DNA from: Acutalibacteraceae bacterium
Lineage (GTDB): Bacteria > Bacillota > Clostridia > Oscillospirales > Acutalibacteraceae
Direction of reading: 5' to 3'
DNA length: 64,000 nucleotides
Assembly: GCA_045612205.1 (NCBI GenBank)
Contig: JAZKYQ010000081.1
Span: 206 to 64,205 of the forward strand
Shown: piece after piece, positions 51,567-61,380 of the stretch
Position numbering within the stretch: the first letter of the stretch is position 1
Layout: every line of letters begins with the position of its first letter
The notes under the pieces: generated by a model
What the model was told of the DNA's origin: nothing
Seen by the model: only the letters and a program-made list of their open reading frames with translations
Databases searched by the model: none
Program-made: the position numbers and the translations under genes

Positions 51567-51616
51567 CGTTTATCCTATAGGTAGAAATTACATATTTATT
51601 TATAGAGGGATGGATT

Positions 51617-51683
51617 GTTAAGGTGAAACCTTAACGCTCTCGGCAGAGCCCGTTCCAGAAGAGAAACTTCTGGTATAACGGGG
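51617..51683 (+). promoter_or_regulatory. candidate oriT (inverted repeats upstream of the MobV gene)
   Basis: Hairpin GTTAAGGT-GAA-ACCTTAAC (51617..51635), plus nested inverted repeat CCCGTT-CCAGAAG-AGAAA-CTTCTGG-TAT-AACGGG (51649..51682). About 120 nt upstream of mob. Confidence 0.35.
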
Positions 51684-51803
51684 TAGGCCAGATTTGCAGG
51701 CAAAATAAAATTGATTTTTTGTCTGAAGCCCTGTCTGAAATTACTTCTCAGTATCATGTGAATTACTACAAATTTGGCCGTCTGAAAAGGAAGGATGGTT
51801 TAT

Positions 51804-52565
51804 ATGGCTCATTTAAACAAATGGACAAAAACGCAGTGTCCGCAAGTGTTGTATCATGATTATCATTTTATCGGCAGGAACTCAAAGAATAAGAATATTG
51901 ATCCGTTAAGAAGAAAACTGAATTATAATTTAGCACCCCACGATATGTGGTCGTATGATTATTTAAAGCAAAGATTGTCAGAAGTATATTGTATGAACAG
52001 AAAAGATGTAAATGTTATGTGCTCTTGGATTTTTACGGTTCCTGCTGACGTTAAACAGGAAGATGTAGATTTATGTCTTAAGTCTGCTTACGACTTCTTA
52101 GAGGGCAAATATGGCAAAGAAAACGTGGTTTCCGCCTTTGTTCATAAAGATGAAAGCAAAAACGGAAGGCCTCATATTCATTTCAACTTTATACCTGTTG
52201 TATGGGACAAAAAGAAAAACAGATATAAAGTGTCTGCTAAAGAACTTATAACAAGACAGGAACTTTCTGTTTTTCACGGAGAACTGCAGAAAGCCCTTGA
52301 AACTTCGTTAGGTTATTCTTGTTCGGTTATCAGTGGAGAATTGTCAGACAGACCCAATATGTCAATTGAGCACTTCATGAAGTTCAAGGAAGCAGCCAAG
52401 GATAAAGATACGTTGGCTCGTCTGTCTGCTTATGAAAACACATTCGGTTTTCCTATAGATATGACAGCAGATAATCTGTCTATGTACTTAACATCATACA
52501 GAAATGCACTTAAATCACTAGAGAAATCATTTGAGAAAGTTATACATATGGAACTTGAAAAATAA
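51804..52565 (+). CDS. MobV-family (Mob_Pre) relaxase
   Basis: VHKDESKNGRPHIHFNFIPV matches the HxDE...PHxH motif III of MobV relaxases. Track ORF starts at 51795, but ATG 51804 has better spacing from GGAAGGA. Confidence 0.7.
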   Translation: MAHLNKWTKTQCPQVLYHDYHFIGRNSKNKNIDPLRRKLNYNLAPHDMWSYDYLKQRLSEVYCMNRKDVNVMCSWIFTVPADVKQEDVDLCLKSAYDFLEGKYGKENVVSAFVHKDESKNGRPHIHFNFIPVVWDKKKNRYKVSAKELITRQELSVFHGELQKALETSLGYSCSVISGELSDRPNMSIEHFMKFKEAAKDKDTLARLSAYENTFGFPIDMTADNLSMYLTSYRNALKSLEKSFEKVIHMELEK

Positions 52566-52664
52566 CTACATTTAACTTTAAACAAATAAGTGGCAGAATC
52601 TTGATATTGAGGTTCTGCTTTCTTATATCCAGCCTGGCGGCTGTAACGCACATCACACTATACT

Positions 52665-53945
52665 TTAGGAAGCACTTTTTTGCACATTCACATTGGCAGA
52701 ATATCCTCTTACCTTTCCGCTGTTTTTTAACACAGTCTGCACTGTTCTCAAGGATACACCGACTTCTTTGGCAATGTCTGAACGCTTAATATTTTCATCA
52801 GCCATTTTGATTATTCTTGCGTTACGCTCATTTTTGGCCTTGGCGTTGTTTTTCTTCTTTTGCTCTCTTGCATTGATAGTTTTTGATATGCCGATGAGTT
52901 CTGCTTCTTCGTCGGTGATGTTAAGCTTTTCGATTATCCATTCTTTTGTGATTATGTAGTAACCCTTAAAGTCTTTGGTTACATTTGTGTCTATGCCTTT
53001 TATGATGGCTCTTATTTGTGCCTCGCCGAATGATGAGTCACATCTGCCGAAATTATGGCAAAAGGCTTGTGTTTTCTCTACGGCTTCCTGTCGGTCGTAA
53101 ATCTGAACAGCAGAGTTATAGTAGATAAATGCCATATAGTTTCTGTAGCCTTCACAGTTGTCTTTTCGTATCTGCTGAAGCTTTTCGAGTTCATTTATTC
53201 TTGCTTCGTTTAATGCTGTCTTGTTGTTCAGTCTTTTGAATTCTCTTGGAACTTTTATTGTTGATTTATCTTTTGAGGACTTTTTCTTTTTAGTGTAGAA
53301 ATCAGTAAAGACATAATAGTCTTCGTTGATATGAAGGATGTGAGCCTTCTTACCTGTCTTCGTATTTACTGTGCCCGGAAGGCGGACAATTCTCGAAATG
53401 TCATGTACATTAGAATCATACTCCAAAGAGTTTTCTTCAGGCAGAACAGCCTTGATTTTTCCTTCAATGTTCTCTCTGATTTTTTCGTAGGCATACAAGG
53501 CTTTGGAGTTAAGCTCGCTGTTTTTACATCTGTAACTTATAGAATTCTCGAAAAGGTAAATCAGCTGAAGTCCTCTTGTTGTGTCAGTAATAATATTAGC
53601 TTCATAAAGATCGCCTGATGAAAATGCATCAAGGATATATTGAAGACTTCTCTTTTTCATCCATTCCATCTCTGCTTCGGTAACATTGTGATGATAGTCG
53701 AGGTCAAAAACTATACCGTTGATTTGTCTGCACTCTTCCTTTTTGCGATGATGGCCTGCGAAACCGTTGAGGCTTATGTAACAGTCATTTTCTTTTACCT
53801 GTGAAATATCAAATTCCGAAAGGCTTGTCCTAAAAGAATGCATTCTGTCATCCAGATTGCAGATAAAATAATTGCTGTCGTGGTCATCGTGATACAGCAT
53901 AGATATGAAGGTAGTGATTTCTTGTTTGTCTTGTTCAGTGAACAT
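52665..53945 (-). CDS. replication-initiator/primase-like protein with C-terminal resolvase-type HTH
   Basis: 426 aa. N-terminal CYISLNGFAGHHRKKEECRQINGIVFDLDYHH resembles prim-pol/Rep-type cores (weak). The C-terminal RSDIAKEVGVSLRTVQTVLKNSG is a clear HTH. Confidence 0.55.
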   Translation of the reverse strand: MFTEQDKQEITTFISMLYHDDHDSNYFICNLDDRMHSFRTSLSEFDISQVKENDCYISLNGFAGHHRKKEECRQINGIVFDLDYHHNVTEAEMEWMKKRSLQYILDAFSSGDLYEANIITDTTRGLQLIYLFENSISYRCKNSELNSKALYAYEKIRENIEGKIKAVLPEENSLEYDSNVHDISRIVRLPGTVNTKTGKKAHILHINEDYYVFTDFYTKKKKSSKDKSTIKVPREFKRLNNKTALNEARINELEKLQQIRKDNCEGYRNYMAFIYYNSAVQIYDRQEAVEKTQAFCHNFGRCDSSFGEAQIRAIIKGIDTNVTKDFKGYYIITKEWIIEKLNITDEEAELIGISKTINAREQKKKNNAKAKNERNARIIKMADENIKRSDIAKEVGVSLRTVQTVLKNSGKVRGYSANVNVQKSAS

Positions 53946-54008
53946 ATGAACACCTCATCTTTCAAATAGTTTCAGAATTAATATGAAAGATGAGGAAGTG
54001 AAAAACGG

Positions 54009-54028
54009 TTTTATATATAAAGAAAATT
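54009..54028. repeat. right copy of the 20-bp direct repeat TTTTATATATAAAGAAAATT
   Basis: Read directly; 64 nt upstream of the rep start codon (minus strand). Confidence 0.9.
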
Positions 54029-54146
54029 TTTTGTTTTCATTTTTCGATTATTCTGTTTGTAGAAAATACATATTATTTGTAGGTGAAAAATACCACGACA
54101 GGAGTTTTAATTTCTGTCAAAAAAACAAATAAAGGAGCATTAAAAC

Positions 54147-54422
54147 ATGAGGTACGTATCAAAAATTTCTACAGAACAGTTCGAGTTGAATTCAGAAGGT
54201 TTAACCGGAAATGTGAGGCAGCGGCATGAAAAAAACAAGTCAAGACTCGGTGTGTCACTTATGCAAATTAAATGTAACTGTCCGGAATTGCTAATTCATA
54301 GTCAGTTTGCAGATGATGCTATCACAGGAGAACATCTAGCAAAGGCTTATTCTCTTCTTATGGATGTAAAGGGGTGCGAAGAGAAGTGGCAAAACTGGAA
54401 AAATATCAAGGAGGTAAAATAA
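54147..54422 (+). CDS. hypothetical protein
   Basis: 91-aa ORF with RBS AAAGGAG 8 nt upstream. No family recognised. Confidence 0.5.
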   Translation: MRYVSKISTEQFELNSEGLTGNVRQRHEKNKSRLGVSLMQIKCNCPELLIHSQFADDAITGEHLAKAYSLLMDVKGCEEKWQNWKNIKEVK

Positions 54423-54423
54423 A

Positions 54424-54687
54424 ATGAACGTAATTTGTTTCCATCAGGCAACAGTATATGAACTTGATTATACTTTGGATTTTATAGCCATTATTGATAT
54501 ATATGATGACAAACACGGATTAAGAGGAGATGCGATTTTGGAATCAACTAAAAATGATTCACGTTTGATAATCGGAACTTGTATTTCACGTGATGCAGGT
54601 GTCGATGAAATTTCAAAATACTGCGAGAATCTCATCAATAATAGTGATTATTGTCTGAGTATATTTGAAAATGCAACAGAAATTTAA
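54424..54687 (+). CDS. hypothetical protein
   Basis: 87-aa ORF starting 1 nt after the upstream stop (translational coupling; GGAGG lies inside the upstream 3' end). No family recognised. Confidence 0.5.
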   Translation: MNVICFHQATVYELDYTLDFIAIIDIYDDKHGLRGDAILESTKNDSRLIIGTCISRDAGVDEISKYCENLINNSDYCLSIFENATEI

Positions 54688-54696
54688 AGAATGACA

Positions 54697-54750
54697 GAAA
54701 GGAACATCCTTTTGAACACTGCTTTGCTGTTCGAGAGGATGTTCCTTTTG
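54697..54750 (+). terminator. terminator after the two small ORFs
   Basis: AAAGGAACATCCT / AGGATGTTCCTTT 13-bp perfect outer stem with inner GAACA/TGTTC pairs, then TTG. Confidence 0.7.
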
Positions 54751-54888
54751 TTAACTGTTTTTAATTAATGAATTGGTTACTTTTTAAATGTTTTGAAACT
54801 ATATTAGTAGATTAGTTCTAATATAAGCAAATTGGAGGTAAGTATTAGAGCTTGAGAACTAATAATAAAAATAAAGGAGGAAAAACAA

Positions 54889-57800
54889 GTGAAGACAAGT
54901 AAAAAATTTTTATCGGTGTTTATGGCAATATTAATGCTGTTCACAACATTTTCAATGGTAATGCCGGTTTTTGCCGAGTATAAAGCAGAAATTGAATCCG
55001 ATACCAATGTAGAGATAAGTGAAGAGGAAAACAGAACATATATTGTATCAGAAAATATTGATAAACGAACAGAAACTACTAAACAGTTTTTGATGTCAGA
55101 CGGCTCGTTTCTTTTTGCTCAGTACAATTCTTCTGTTCATTATCTTGCGGAAGATAATGAATGGCTTGATGTTGACAATTCATTAAACGAAGCTGTTGCG
55201 ACAACAACTCAGTCTGAGCTTTTTGGCCAAAGTAACATTATTAGAACAAACAATCAGGAAACTAACTTTGTGTTTGCCGAAAAAGCAAATTCAAATACAC
55301 TTGTGCTCTTTGAAGATGAAAAATATCCGATTTCTCTTAATTATCAGAGCATGAAGAATAGTAAAGCAAAAATAAAAGAAAAAGAAGATTCTTTTGATGG
55401 TGATGATGCGTTTCTTAATTTATCAAACCTTACAGATGAAATTATATACGAGAATGTTTATGAAAATGTTGATTTGCAGTATATAGTATCATCTAACGGC
55501 ATCAAGGAAAATATAATTCTTAAAAACGTAGCTGCTCAAAACAGTTTTGTAGTTAATTACAATATTGGTGATCTTACTGCTAGAGTTGTTACTGAAAATG
55601 AAATTCAACTTCTTGACGTGGATGATGTTATTTATGTCATTTCTGCTCCTGTTATGTATGATGCAGAAGGAAATACAAGTTCAGAAATCGAACTTAACAT
55701 CACCAAAAACAAAAACGGAAAGCTTCGATTTGAAATTCTTCCTGATGAAGACTGGCTTTCAACTGCAGTTTATCCCGTGACAATCGATCCTTCAATAATA
55801 GAGGATAAAAACTACTCGATTAGCGGTATCTGTGTAAACGGTACTTCGACAAGCACAGAGAATTTTACACTTTCCTCTCAAGGTTCCTATACACTTCTTG
55901 ATATTCAAAAGATTGATGCCAATGATTTTTTTGACCATGTTGTTTCAGCTAAACTCAATTTACCTGTAGTTTCAGGTTCGGCAACTACCTCGGGCAGAGT
56001 TTATGTAAGAGAAATAACCGGCAATTGGAAAAGTGATGACGGAATCACGAATACGAATCCTTCTGTTGCTACAACAGTTGAAGATTATGTAAACATAACC
56101 TCAACAACAAAAACTCTCTCTTTTGACCTTACAGGCTTGTACAGTAAATGGGAAAACGGCGGAAGCAATAAAGGAATTAAGCTTGAAATGGTAACTTCGG
56201 GAAGCGTCAGCTTTGAAACCGTGTCTGACTCCCCGATATTAACTGTTCAGTATATGAACACATGCGGTCTTGATTCATCAATGCCCTATACGGAGTTTGA
56301 CATGGGTAGTGCAGGTTACGTATATGTTAACAACTACAGTGGAAACCTTGTGCTGACAAGAGACGACGAAATTTCAACAACAGGTGAAGAATATCCTTAT
56401 AATTTTTCAATGACCTATAACAGCTTAGCAACAATTGACGATAGTAATTCTCGTTGGCTTCCGAGCTATATGTCAGGATTTAGTTCATCGGTTGTCTATA
56501 CAGCTCCGGACGGAACACAGCAATTTTTTGTTAAAGGTATAAATGCTGAAAATGAAGATTTTTATGATTTAAAAGAAAACGATTATGGTTGGGAATGTCT
56601 AAAAGCAACTGAACATTGGTCAGTTACTCTTCCGATTGTTGGTATAACTCTTCGTGTGCCTGTTGGTTTTGATGCATGTAAAAACAATTGTACTGAAAAA
56701 TATTCGTTTAATACAAGCGGATTACAGAAAATTACAATCGGTAAAAACCTTTGTTCGGATGAGCCTGCAAATGAAAGGGTTATCTTGTCACGAGAAAAAA
56801 TCGAGGGCTCAAGTGACTTTTACATTGTTGACGGTAGCGGGCATAAACTTCTTGTAAGTGAAACCGATTCAACCTATATCGTAACCCAGTATATTAAAAA
56901 TACAGACGGCACATATACTGAAGGTGAAAGTGTTACCTATGCTTTTGACGAAAACGGCAATGTAACTCAGATTATGCGTGATAATTCTGTAGAAGCAACT
57001 TTTACTTATGAAAATGGCAACATTGCAACAATCACTGATAATGAAAACCACACACTTGAATTTGATTATAACGGTAAGAGAATTGTTAAAGTTGAAGAAG
57101 AAAGAGATGGGGAAAAAGGTTCAACAGTTTCCTTTACACGCACTGCAAATACTGTTACCACCCGTACAGCAGGTGCAAATGGTGAATACGGAGATGATGA
57201 TGACAGCCTTGTAACAAGTCGCTTTGATTCATCACTTAATCCTCTTGGTGAAAGCTACGCTACCGTTTTAGGTGAAAGTCTCGGTGCGGTTTCCTATGAG
57301 CGAGATGATGAAGCTGCAACCTCTTCAGTTTTTGATGGGATTTCACGAGTTGGAGTAATGGGGAAAAATCAGGAGAACCTGCTCAAGAATCACAGCATTG
57401 AAAGTTTATCAGGTTGGTCTGTGGACAGATATCTTGACACAGACTGTAACTATTCGTATTCACTGGACAGTAATGTTGTTCACAGTGGTGAATATTCAGC
57501 TAAAATTACAGTCAACGATGTGACAACAAATGGTGGTGCTTGTGTATTCCAAAGATTTGATTACGCTGACGGTGAGTTTGAGCGTAACAAAGACTATGTT
57601 CTGTCCGCATATGTAAAAACCGATGGTATTACCCGTGATCCTGATGTCGATGATAAGTATTCCTATGGTGCTACCATACTTGTACGTGAGGTAAAATCAA
57701 ACGGAAAAGTCGAGATACATTGCGGTGAAAATTTGATTAAAACTGATTCTTCTGTTGATAACGGTTGGAGCAGAATTTCTTATCGTTTTACTGTTCCTAA

Positions 57801-60800
57801 AGATTGTGATACAGTTTATATAGGCGGTTTTCTTCGCAACGGAACAGGTACAGCGTATTTTGATTCCTTCCAGCTTGAAGAGGGTGAGATCCCAAGTCAG
57901 TACAATCTTTTGGAAAACAACTCATTTGAAAGAGTTGACACGACAAACACTCCCGAAGGCTGGACTCGCTACAGACTTGAAAGCACTGATGTTGCAACTG
58001 ACGGTGAGTTCAAAATCACAGGCAACCCAACATTAAACAAGGGACTTTATCAGGAAGTCGAGCTCAAAAACGCAGCTCAGAGTGATACTTATGTTTTCAG
58101 CGGTTGGTCTCACGGTGAAGGTGTGCCCGTTAAAAGCGGCAGACGTTATTGTCTTTACGGCTTTGTCTTTTACGAGGATGCCGAGGGTAACAGAGTGGAC
58201 GAGAACGGAATTCCTCTTAGCAAAGCTCTGGCGATTACAAACTTTGACAGCAACAGCACTCAGGAGCAGTTCCTTTCAATGTCCTTTGACTTGGCTGTGA
58301 CTGACGAAACCTGGACACCGTATCGCATCCGTGTGGCGGTTTGCTATTATCAAGGCGTTAACGATGTTTACTTTGACGATGTTTCCCTTATCAGGACAAA
58401 TGATGTTATTGATCTGACCGAGACGGAGACTGAGGAAGAAGAAACTACTGACCCTTACACTTATGATGATGAAGGCAACATTCTGACATATACTGATGAA
58501 GAGGGAACAGTTTTTTACTATGATTCAAGTGAAAGAATTACAACTGAGACTTTGTCAGACGGTACGATTTACACCTACACCTACGATGTAAAGGGAAATC
58601 TTGTGTCAAGACTCAAAACTGTAACTGTTGACGGTGTTGAAACACAGGTGGGTGACCGTTACACCTATGTTCTGATTAACGGTGAATATTACATCAAGAC
58701 TGAAACCTACGAGGACGGCACTACCTACACCTATGATTATCGTAATGATGATGAAGATCCGGATAATGACTCAAAGCTTAAAACAGAAACAATAGTCTCA
58801 GACGGCGTCACAGAGGTTTACAACTACGATGAAAATGAGAACTTAGAAAGCTATGTCGTTGACAATGAGATTAAATCAAGTTATACTTATACTGTAGTAA
58901 ATGGTGAAAGCCTTGTTGCATCTGAAACTCATTCTGACGGAAGCTCAACAGCCTATACCTATTATGCTGACGGCTCAACAGAAACTATGACACAGAGTCA
59001 GGGTGAGACAACTCTTAAGTATTATTACGGTACTCACGGAGAAATTACTCAGGTTGACCATAACGGATTCTCATACGTTTATGAGTACGATAACTTTGGT
59101 AACACAATAAATGTCAGTGTTGATGGCAATCCTGATGACAATAACAACGGTCAAAGCCTTATTCAGTACAAGTATCAGACTGACAAATCAAAGCTTGCTT
59201 CAATGACCTACGGTAACGGTGATACCGTTTCGTATGAATATGACAATTACGGAGGTATCAGTAAAAAGAGATTAAGCGATAAAATCAGCGACGGTAGCAC
59301 AAATAACTATTACTACACCTATCTCATTGACGGTGAGGGAAGACCGGTCTACGAAAAAGATACGCTTTCACAGGAAAGAACAACTTATCAGTATGATTTC
59401 AATGGTAATCTCGTTGGTGAAAGGGTATATAACTACGACAGTTATACCTACGCTAATCAGCTTTATGAAATCAACAACAATTTTGACGAAGACGGAAACA
59501 TAATCAAAAATGCCCTTCAGACTCACGTTGGTACGCTGACAACAAACTATGCTTATGATGCTGAATCAGGCTTGCCGACCTTGGTAACTCTTTATGGTGG
59601 AAGGCAGATTGAGTATGATTATGATTCTGAAGGTGTTCTGACAAGAAGAATCCTTTCTACAAACAATAAAGTTAATGAACTGTTTTCGTATGATGAAAGC
59701 GGTCTGATTTCGACTCATAAAATAGGCTTTATCACGGAGTCGGAAAACGCTGAAACAGGCGAAATTGAAGAAAAATTTGTTGGTGACGAGTATACTTATA
59801 CTTACGATGAAAACTACAACATCACTGAAATCAAAAAAGGCGACAGTGTTCAGCAGAGTTATGAATACGATGCATTAAATCAGCTCATAAAAGAAAGTGA
59901 TAGTGAAACAGGAAAAATTGCAACTTACACTTACGACGGTTACGGAAACATCACCTCAAAGACTGAATATGCTTATACCGAAGACGGAACACTCGGTGAG
60001 CCTGTAGATGTAATTAACTACGCTTATGATAGTGTATGGAAGGATAAGCTGAAGTTTTATGATGGTGTTGAAATCCATTATGATGATATAGGTAACCCAA
60101 CAAATTATATGGGTGCAGATATGACCTGGCTTGGTCGTCAGATGATGTCATATAGCATAGAAAACGAAATTGATATTTCATACACTTATGATGCTGACGG
60201 ATTGAGAACATCAAAAACCGTTAACGGAGTAAAACATAACTATTACTATGTTGACGGGCAGCTTCGTTACGAAAGAAACGGTGACAATTACGAGATTTAT
60301 TACACTTACGATGCTGACGGCAGACCTGTACTTGCAACAAAGCGTGACCTTGTTGCAAAGAAAAACTATCAGTATTATCTCATAACAAACACCCGTGGTG
60401 ATGTTATTGAAACAAGAAACGGTAACGGTAATGTCAACGCTAAGTTTGTATATGATGCTTGGGGTAAGCTCGTTTCTGTAACTGATGCTAACGGAAATGC
60501 ACTTTCAACGGATAGTTTTGCTTATCAGATTAGCCTTAAATACCGTGGTTATGTGTATGACAATGAAACCGGTTTGTATTATCTGCAGTCAAGGTATTAC
60601 GACCCGGAGACGGGCAGGTTCCTGAATGCGGATGATGTGGATTTCTTGGGTGCAAGCGGAACTGTTCTTGGGTACAATGCCTTTGCGTATTGTGAGAATA
60701 ATGCGGTGAATGATAGTGATCCAAATGGTTGCGTAGCTTTGAATGCAGTGGTTGGCTTTATTGTTGGTGCGGTTTTTGGTGCCATTGGTTTTTTCCTTGA

Positions 60801-61368
60801 GATTATCATTGAAGATTTGTCTTTATTGAAAAATGCAAAAAGATTTATAAATAAAGTTAAAGATACATTGTCAGAGAAATATGCTTTACTTAAACTAATT
60901 ATTGATACTTTATCTGGAGGTTTAGATGGTGCGGTTTCTAGTGCTCATGTGAATAAAATTATTAAATCAGTTGATGTTATTCTAAAAGGCATAAAAGAAG
61001 CGATAAGTGTTAAAGAGAGTATCAAAAATAAAGACGGAACGTATGTTTTGGAAAAAATAATTGAAACTATAGTTTCGTATTTGCTTTCTAAGGTGTTACC
61101 AATAGATAAAAATTTTCGTGGTTTTAATTCTAAAAAAATGACAAGCAAGGCTACTGCTATTAGTAAAAATATTAAAAAATTATCGAAAGATAAAATAAAT
61201 GATTTGGCAAAAGTGATAAAAAATCAAATCATATATTATATTAAGAGCAATAAAACATTGTATAAACGTTTTTTATCTAGGTATTCATTGACCAAAGTTT
61301 CTGCTTGGCTATCTTTTTTGCCTAATGTTAAAAAAAATAAAAGCAGTAACACAAAGATAACGGTATAG
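54889..61368 (+). CDS. RHS/YD-repeat polymorphic toxin (WapA-like) with variable C-terminal domain
   Basis: 2159 aa. GTG start 8 nt after AAGGAGG; signal peptide FLSVFMAILMLFTTFSMVMPVFA. Many YD repeats (e.g. YTYDDEGNIL, YTYDVKGNLV, YEYDNFGNT, YTYDGYGNIT). RHS core end GLYYLQSRYYDPETGRFLNADD...DPNGC. After that comes a lysine-rich, AT-rich 211-aa C-terminal domain. Confidence 0.9.
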   Translation: MKTSKKFLSVFMAILMLFTTFSMVMPVFAEYKAEIESDTNVEISEEENRTYIVSENIDKRTETTKQFLMSDGSFLFAQYNSSVHYLAEDNEWLDVDNSLNEAVATTTQSELFGQSNIIRTNNQETNFVFAEKANSNTLVLFEDEKYPISLNYQSMKNSKAKIKEKEDSFDGDDAFLNLSNLTDEIIYENVYENVDLQYIVSSNGIKENIILKNVAAQNSFVVNYNIGDLTARVVTENEIQLLDVDDVIYVISAPVMYDAEGNTSSEIELNITKNKNGKLRFEILPDEDWLSTAVYPVTIDPSIIEDKNYSISGICVNGTSTSTENFTLSSQGSYTLLDIQKIDANDFFDHVVSAKLNLPVVSGSATTSGRVYVREITGNWKSDDGITNTNPSVATTVEDYVNITSTTKTLSFDLTGLYSKWENGGSNKGIKLEMVTSGSVSFETVSDSPILTVQYMNTCGLDSSMPYTEFDMGSAGYVYVNNYSGNLVLTRDDEISTTGEEYPYNFSMTYNSLATIDDSNSRWLPSYMSGFSSSVVYTAPDGTQQFFVKGINAENEDFYDLKENDYGWECLKATEHWSVTLPIVGITLRVPVGFDACKNNCTEKYSFNTSGLQKITIGKNLCSDEPANERVILSREKIEGSSDFYIVDGSGHKLLVSETDSTYIVTQYIKNTDGTYTEGESVTYAFDENGNVTQIMRDNSVEATFTYENGNIATITDNENHTLEFDYNGKRIVKVEEERDGEKGSTVSFTRTANTVTTRTAGANGEYGDDDDSLVTSRFDSSLNPLGESYATVLGESLGAVSYERDDEAATSSVFDGISRVGVMGKNQENLLKNHSIESLSGWSVDRYLDTDCNYSYSLDSNVVHSGEYSAKITVNDVTTNGGACVFQRFDYADGEFERNKDYVLSAYVKTDGITRDPDVDDKYSYGATILVREVKSNGKVEIHCGENLIKTDSSVDNGWSRISYRFTVPKDCDTVYIGGFLRNGTGTAYFDSFQLEEGEIPSQYNLLENNSFERVDTTNTPEGWTRYRLESTDVATDGEFKITGNPTLNKGLYQEVELKNAAQSDTYVFSGWSHGEGVPVKSGRRYCLYGFVFYEDAEGNRVDENGIPLSKALAITNFDSNSTQEQFLSMSFDLAVTDETWTPYRIRVAVCYYQGVNDVYFDDVSLIRTNDVIDLTETETEEEETTDPYTYDDEGNILTYTDEEGTVFYYDSSERITTETLSDGTIYTYTYDVKGNLVSRLKTVTVDGVETQVGDRYTYVLINGEYYIKTETYEDGTTYTYDYRNDDEDPDNDSKLKTETIVSDGVTEVYNYDENENLESYVVDNEIKSSYTYTVVNGESLVASETHSDGSSTAYTYYADGSTETMTQSQGETTLKYYYGTHGEITQVDHNGFSYVYEYDNFGNTINVSVDGNPDDNNNGQSLIQYKYQTDKSKLASMTYGNGDTVSYEYDNYGGISKKRLSDKISDGSTNNYYYTYLIDGEGRPVYEKDTLSQERTTYQYDFNGNLVGERVYNYDSYTYANQLYEINNNFDEDGNIIKNALQTHVGTLTTNYAYDAESGLPTLVTLYGGRQIEYDYDSEGVLTRRILSTNNKVNELFSYDESGLISTHKIGFITESENAETGEIEEKFVGDEYTYTYDENYNITEIKKGDSVQQSYEYDALNQLIKESDSETGKIATYTYDGYGNITSKTEYAYTEDGTLGEPVDVINYAYDSVWKDKLKFYDGVEIHYDDIGNPTNYMGADMTWLGRQMMSYSIENEIDISYTYDADGLRTSKTVNGVKHNYYYVDGQLRYERNGDNYEIYYTYDADGRPVLATKRDLVAKKNYQYYLITNTRGDVIETRNGNGNVNAKFVYDAWGKLVSVTDANGNALSTDSFAYQISLKYRGYVYDNETGLYYLQSRYYDPETGRFLNADDVDFLGASGTVLGYNAFAYCENNAVNDSDPNGCVALNAVVGFIVGAVFGAIGFFLEIIIEDLSLLKNAKRFINKVKDTLSEKYALLKLIIDTLSGGLDGAVSSAHVNKIIKSVDVILKGIKEAISVKESIKNKDGTYVLEKIIETIVSYLLSKVLPIDKNFRGFNSKKMTSKATAISKNIKKLSKDKINDLAKVIKNQIIYYIKSNKTLYKRFLSRYSLTKVSAWLSFLPNVKKNKSSNTKITV

Positions 61369-61380
61369 GAGATAGTGTTT

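Larger units (their letters stand above)
49548..54028. mobile_element. putative integrated plasmid-like mobilisable element (MobV relaxase + Rep/HTH + DUF3990/DUF3791 cargo), no integrase
   Basis: Bounded by a perfect 20-bp direct repeat (49548..49567 and 54009..54028). Its left side abuts a truncated chromosomal gene. It carries relaxase and replication-type genes. The right boundary is uncertain and could extend to about 54750. Confidence 0.5.
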
